A stretch of 64,000 bases of DNA from a virus: the IMG/VR virus record IMGVR_UViG_3300036766_000644, positions 48,685 to 112,684 of that record, one strand, 5' to 3'. Below, piece by piece: positions 61,763 to 64,000 of this stretch. The position numbers and the translations under genes were made by a program. The first letter of the stretch is position 1. Every line of letters begins with the position of its first letter. Below the pieces are notes generated by a model. It saw only the letters and a program-made list of their open reading frames with translations. It made no database searches and was not told where the DNA came from.

Positions 61763-62127
61763 TCCCAGGCGGAACCGACGTAGTCATCGCAACAACGAGG
61801 CCTGTTGAGCTCATGGACCTGGCCGTACGCTGGCTGTTGCGCCACTGGAAGAACGGCGTGGTGGCCAGCGCCGACCAATCACGGCTCTGGTTCGCCCACT
61901 CGTTCTTCCACATCCCCTTCGGAACCGACGATGAGTTCTTCGTCTTCGAAGACGGGAAGAAGTACGTAGCCTCCAAGGAAGACCCCACCAACATCGACAT
62001 GATCCACCTGCTCCGACGAGACAACGAGCTGACGGTGGTGATGGACCCAGGATCCGCTGTGGGCTTGGAGCTCGTCGACATGCTGACGCACACGACGTTT
62101 CCAGGGATCCCTGATGGGCAAGCCTAA
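61759..62127 (+). CDS. hypothetical protein (122 aa)
   Basis: ATGA-coupled. The track extends it to GTG 61573 across the terminator. Confidence 0.5.
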   Translation: MIPGGTDVVIATTRPVELMDLAVRWLLRHWKNGVVASADQSRLWFAHSFFHIPFGTDDEFFVFEDGKKYVASKEDPTNIDMIHLLRRDNELTVVMDPGSAVGLELVDMLTHTTFPGIPDGQA

Positions 62128-62317
62128 CGCCAAGTACGCTCTCTGCGGGAACTGCGAGAAGCCGAAGTTCACCCACGTAGGCGCGAAGTGCCTCTTCAGC
62201 ACGACCGACTTCCGGCCGATGACAACCAAGGAGCGCGCGCTCTACGTCCGAGCTCACGGACTCTTCGAAGGAACGGTCACGGGAAGGCTGGCCTACATCG
62301 GGGTGAGGGCCAAATGA
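62114..62317 (+). CDS. zinc-ribbon protein (67 aa), paralog of the N-terminal region of 62314..62691
   Basis: CGNCEKPKFTHVGAKCLFSTTDFRP compared with CTACHKSLEYHIDKKCPFDSTEFRP. Confidence 0.5.
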   Translation: MGKPNAKYALCGNCEKPKFTHVGAKCLFSTTDFRPMTTKERALYVRAHGLFEGTVTGRLAYIGVRAK

Positions 62318-62691
62318 GCAACATGCTTGAAGGCGAATACGGTTACCCCGGTCACCCGGCGTACCCGCTGCGGCAGCTATCGACAGGCGGTGACTGGTAC
62401 CCGAAGTGGATCCCCTGCACCGCCTGTCACAAGTCGCTCGAGTATCACATCGACAAGAAGTGTCCGTTCGACTCGACGGAGTTCCGCCCCGACGAGGATA
62501 CGATTGTGCTGATCCTCGGGGAGATGCGCTTACAAGACCGCAAGCTCCAAGCAGAAGAAGACGGTTGGAACTACGGCAAGGATCCAAACATGCCGGTGAA
62601 ACGTGTTACCCTCGAAGACTCCATTCGTCGCTACTTCCTGGCGTACGAAGTCGTGGTAGACACTCTCGTAGGAAAGCTCAACATTGAGTAA
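62314..62691 (+). CDS. zinc-ribbon protein (125 aa)
   Basis: ATGA-coupled. Shares the CxxC…KCxF..T(D/E)FRP motif. Confidence 0.5.
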   Translation: MSNMLEGEYGYPGHPAYPLRQLSTGGDWYPKWIPCTACHKSLEYHIDKKCPFDSTEFRPDEDTIVLILGEMRLQDRKLQAEEDGWNYGKDPNMPVKRVTLEDSIRRYFLAYEVVVDTLVGKLNIE

Positions 62692-62968
62692 AGAGGCGCA
62701 GCTCGCAGGAATCAGTCCCTACGTTCTGCGCCTCGCAGCTCACTACGCATGCCTCGGCGTCGGTACCTACCTGCCCAAGGGCTACGCGCAGTTCGACCGC
62801 ATCGAGGTCGTGCTGAAGCAGCCCTGGCAGCCTGGGGAGCACTTCACCGACTCGTGCCTGATCCTCTGCGTGGAGTTCTACGTAGGCAATGAGCAGCTTC
62901 GCTACGTAGAGTTCGCACTGACCCCCGCAGGCTTCAGCGGGAAGCCGGTGGTGCGGGCTGTGGAGTAG
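62684..62968 (+). CDS. hypothetical protein (94 aa, TTG start)
   Basis: ORF with GC3 bias. AGGAAAG lies 8 nt before the TTG. Low-moderate confidence. Confidence 0.4.
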   Translation: MSKEAQLAGISPYVLRLAAHYACLGVGTYLPKGYAQFDRIEVVLKQPWQPGEHFTDSCLILCVEFYVGNEQLRYVEFALTPAGFSGKPVVRAVE

Positions 62969-63185
62969 CCTGCTCCCAGACGGGCCGACACGTATTCTCG
63001 CAGGGCGCTTTTTTAGCCTCGAGCAGTTGCCCGCACGTGTTCTCGCCGCACCAACAACAGTTGAACCACACAGGCATCCGATCCCGCAGCACCTTGGGAT
63101 TGTCCCCGGCGCAGTCGAGGCAGATGTAGTGGAGCACTCGGAACTCCTGGGTGTTAGCGCGCCCCGCCTGAGTACGGTTTCGCAT
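62934..63185 (-). CDS. Cys-rich small protein (83 aa)
   Basis: Minus ORF with CLDC…CCWCGENTC…C. Confidence 0.45.
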   Translation of the reverse strand: MRNRTQAGRANTQEFRVLHYICLDCAGDNPKVLRDRMPVWFNCCWCGENTCGQLLEAKKAPCENTCRPVWEQATPQPAPPASR

Positions 63186-63501
63186 GGCCCGCCGCCACCA
63201 GAGCCTCGTTGACGTTCGCCCCAGCTGCGTTGGTGACCACGCCCAAGTAGCGCCCGTACTTCTCCTTAGCGTCTTTCTTGGTCTTCACCATCACTTTGGG
63301 ATCAGTGAGCAGCGCGCGCAGAAACTCGGTAGCCGCCGCAGCAGCCGTGCGCTCCTCCGCTACCTTGGAGTTCGACTCCGGCGTGTTGATGCCGTCGAGG
63401 CGAATTCGCTCGTGAGCGTGGACGTTCAGCCCCATGTCGATGTCCAGGTCCACCGTGTCCCCGTCTATGACCTTCAGCACCACCGCTCGGTATTCGTACA
63501 T
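63154..63501 (-). CDS. staphylococcal-nuclease (SNase/thermonuclease)-like protein (115 aa)
   Basis: VIDGDTVDL…ERIRLDGINTPE matches the SNase Ca-binding and catalytic pattern. Confidence 0.65.
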   Translation of the reverse strand: MYEYRAVVLKVIDGDTVDLDIDMGLNVHAHERIRLDGINTPESNSKVAEERTAAAAATEFLRALLTDPKVMVKTKKDAKEKYGRYLGVVTNAAGANVNEALVAAGHAKPYSGGAR

Positions 63502-63523
63502 GGGCGCAGTCTATACTGATGGC

Positions 63524-64000
63524 ATGCGAGTCACCATCTACGACAAGAACCCCGGCCCTGGTTTCAACCAATGGTTCCTCAAGACCAGCTGGCTCGTCGG
63601 CTGCTGGCTGCAGAAGCTCTTCGGCAAGGTGGACAAGTACTACGGCGCGTCCAACTGGGCTGAGGCCCTTCACTGGCTCTCGCAGCAAGGCCCTCTCGAG
63701 TCCATCCAGTACTGGGGCCACGGCAGCCCTGGGGACGTGTGGCTCGCAGGGGTAGCCCTCCACAAGGCAGCGCTCGGCGCACTGAAGCCGCAGCTGTCCC
63801 CCACCTCCCTGCTCTGGTTCCGCACCTGCTCAACGTTCCAGGGCGGCGCAGGCTACAGCTTCTCGGCGGACCTGAGCACCCGGCTTGGCTGTACTATCGC
63901 GGGCCACACCCGCGTCATCGGCTTGTTCCAGGGCGGCCTCCACACGCGGAAGCCCGACAGCTATCCCAGCTGGCCTCTGTCCGAGGGAGAGTTCCCGAAG
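63524..64000 (+). CDS. hypothetical protein, 5' portion (at least 159 aa, runs off the window end)
   Basis: ATG 63524. Frame open to position 64000. Strong GC3 bias (MRVTIYDKNPGPGFNQWFLK…). Not in the ORF track, which lists the out-of-frame 63519..63755 ORF instead. Confidence 0.6.
   Translation, partial: MRVTIYDKNPGPGFNQWFLKTSWLVGCWLQKLFGKVDKYYGASNWAEALHWLSQQGPLESIQYWGHGSPGDVWLAGVALHKAALGALKPQLSPTSLLWFRTCSTFQGGAGYSFSADLSTRLGCTIAGHTRVIGLFQGGLHTRKPDSYPSWPLSEGEFPK

Overview
Read by eye with no tools, this 64-kb window looks like part of the genome of a GC-rich dsDNA bacteriophage, or a large phage-like mobile element, and I have not identified the host. It is almost entirely coding, in tightly packed co-oriented gene blocks. 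Many genes are translationally coupled with ATGA, GTGA or TGATG overlaps, and GTG starts are common. The recognisable genes fall into five groups. (1) Transcription: a 1603-aa ORF fuses an RNA polymerase beta homolog with the N-terminal catalytic half of beta'. A separate 599-aa ORF carries the C-terminal half of beta'. A sigma-70 family factor is also present. (2) Replication, recombination and nucleotide metabolism: SNF2 helicase, two Cas4-like PD-(D/E)XK nucleases, ParB-like protein, family-A DNA polymerase with an N-terminal UDG-like domain, DnaQ-like exonuclease, primase-polymerase, VirE-like P-loop protein, RuvC-like resolvase, class II ribonucleotide reductase, dATP/dGTP diphosphohydrolase-like protein, SNase-like nuclease. 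(3) Packaging: terminase large subunit with an HNH endonuclease directly upstream. (4) A seven-gene operon that contains a reverse transcriptase, preceded by a vWA/HExxH protein and an XRE-type HTH protein. A MoxR-like AAA+ ATPase lies 2 kb upstream. (5) A block of about 35 small, mostly Cys-rich early-type genes that includes tandem paralog arrays. The main non-coding signal is a tandem array of about 4.5 units of roughly 200 nt (27421-28290). Two hairpins in each unit show compensatory base changes between units. The array lies next to an Hfq/Sm-like ORF. The other non-coding signals are an iteron cluster after the primase/helicase gene, a motif TTGGGTATAAG(A/G)G that recurs after two terminators, and several intrinsic terminators. 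Two genes that run off the window edges (<1..1511 on minus, 63524..>64000 on plus) are missing from the supplied ORF track. I found them by translating the sequence myself. All functional calls rest on motif recognition by eye. No database search was run.
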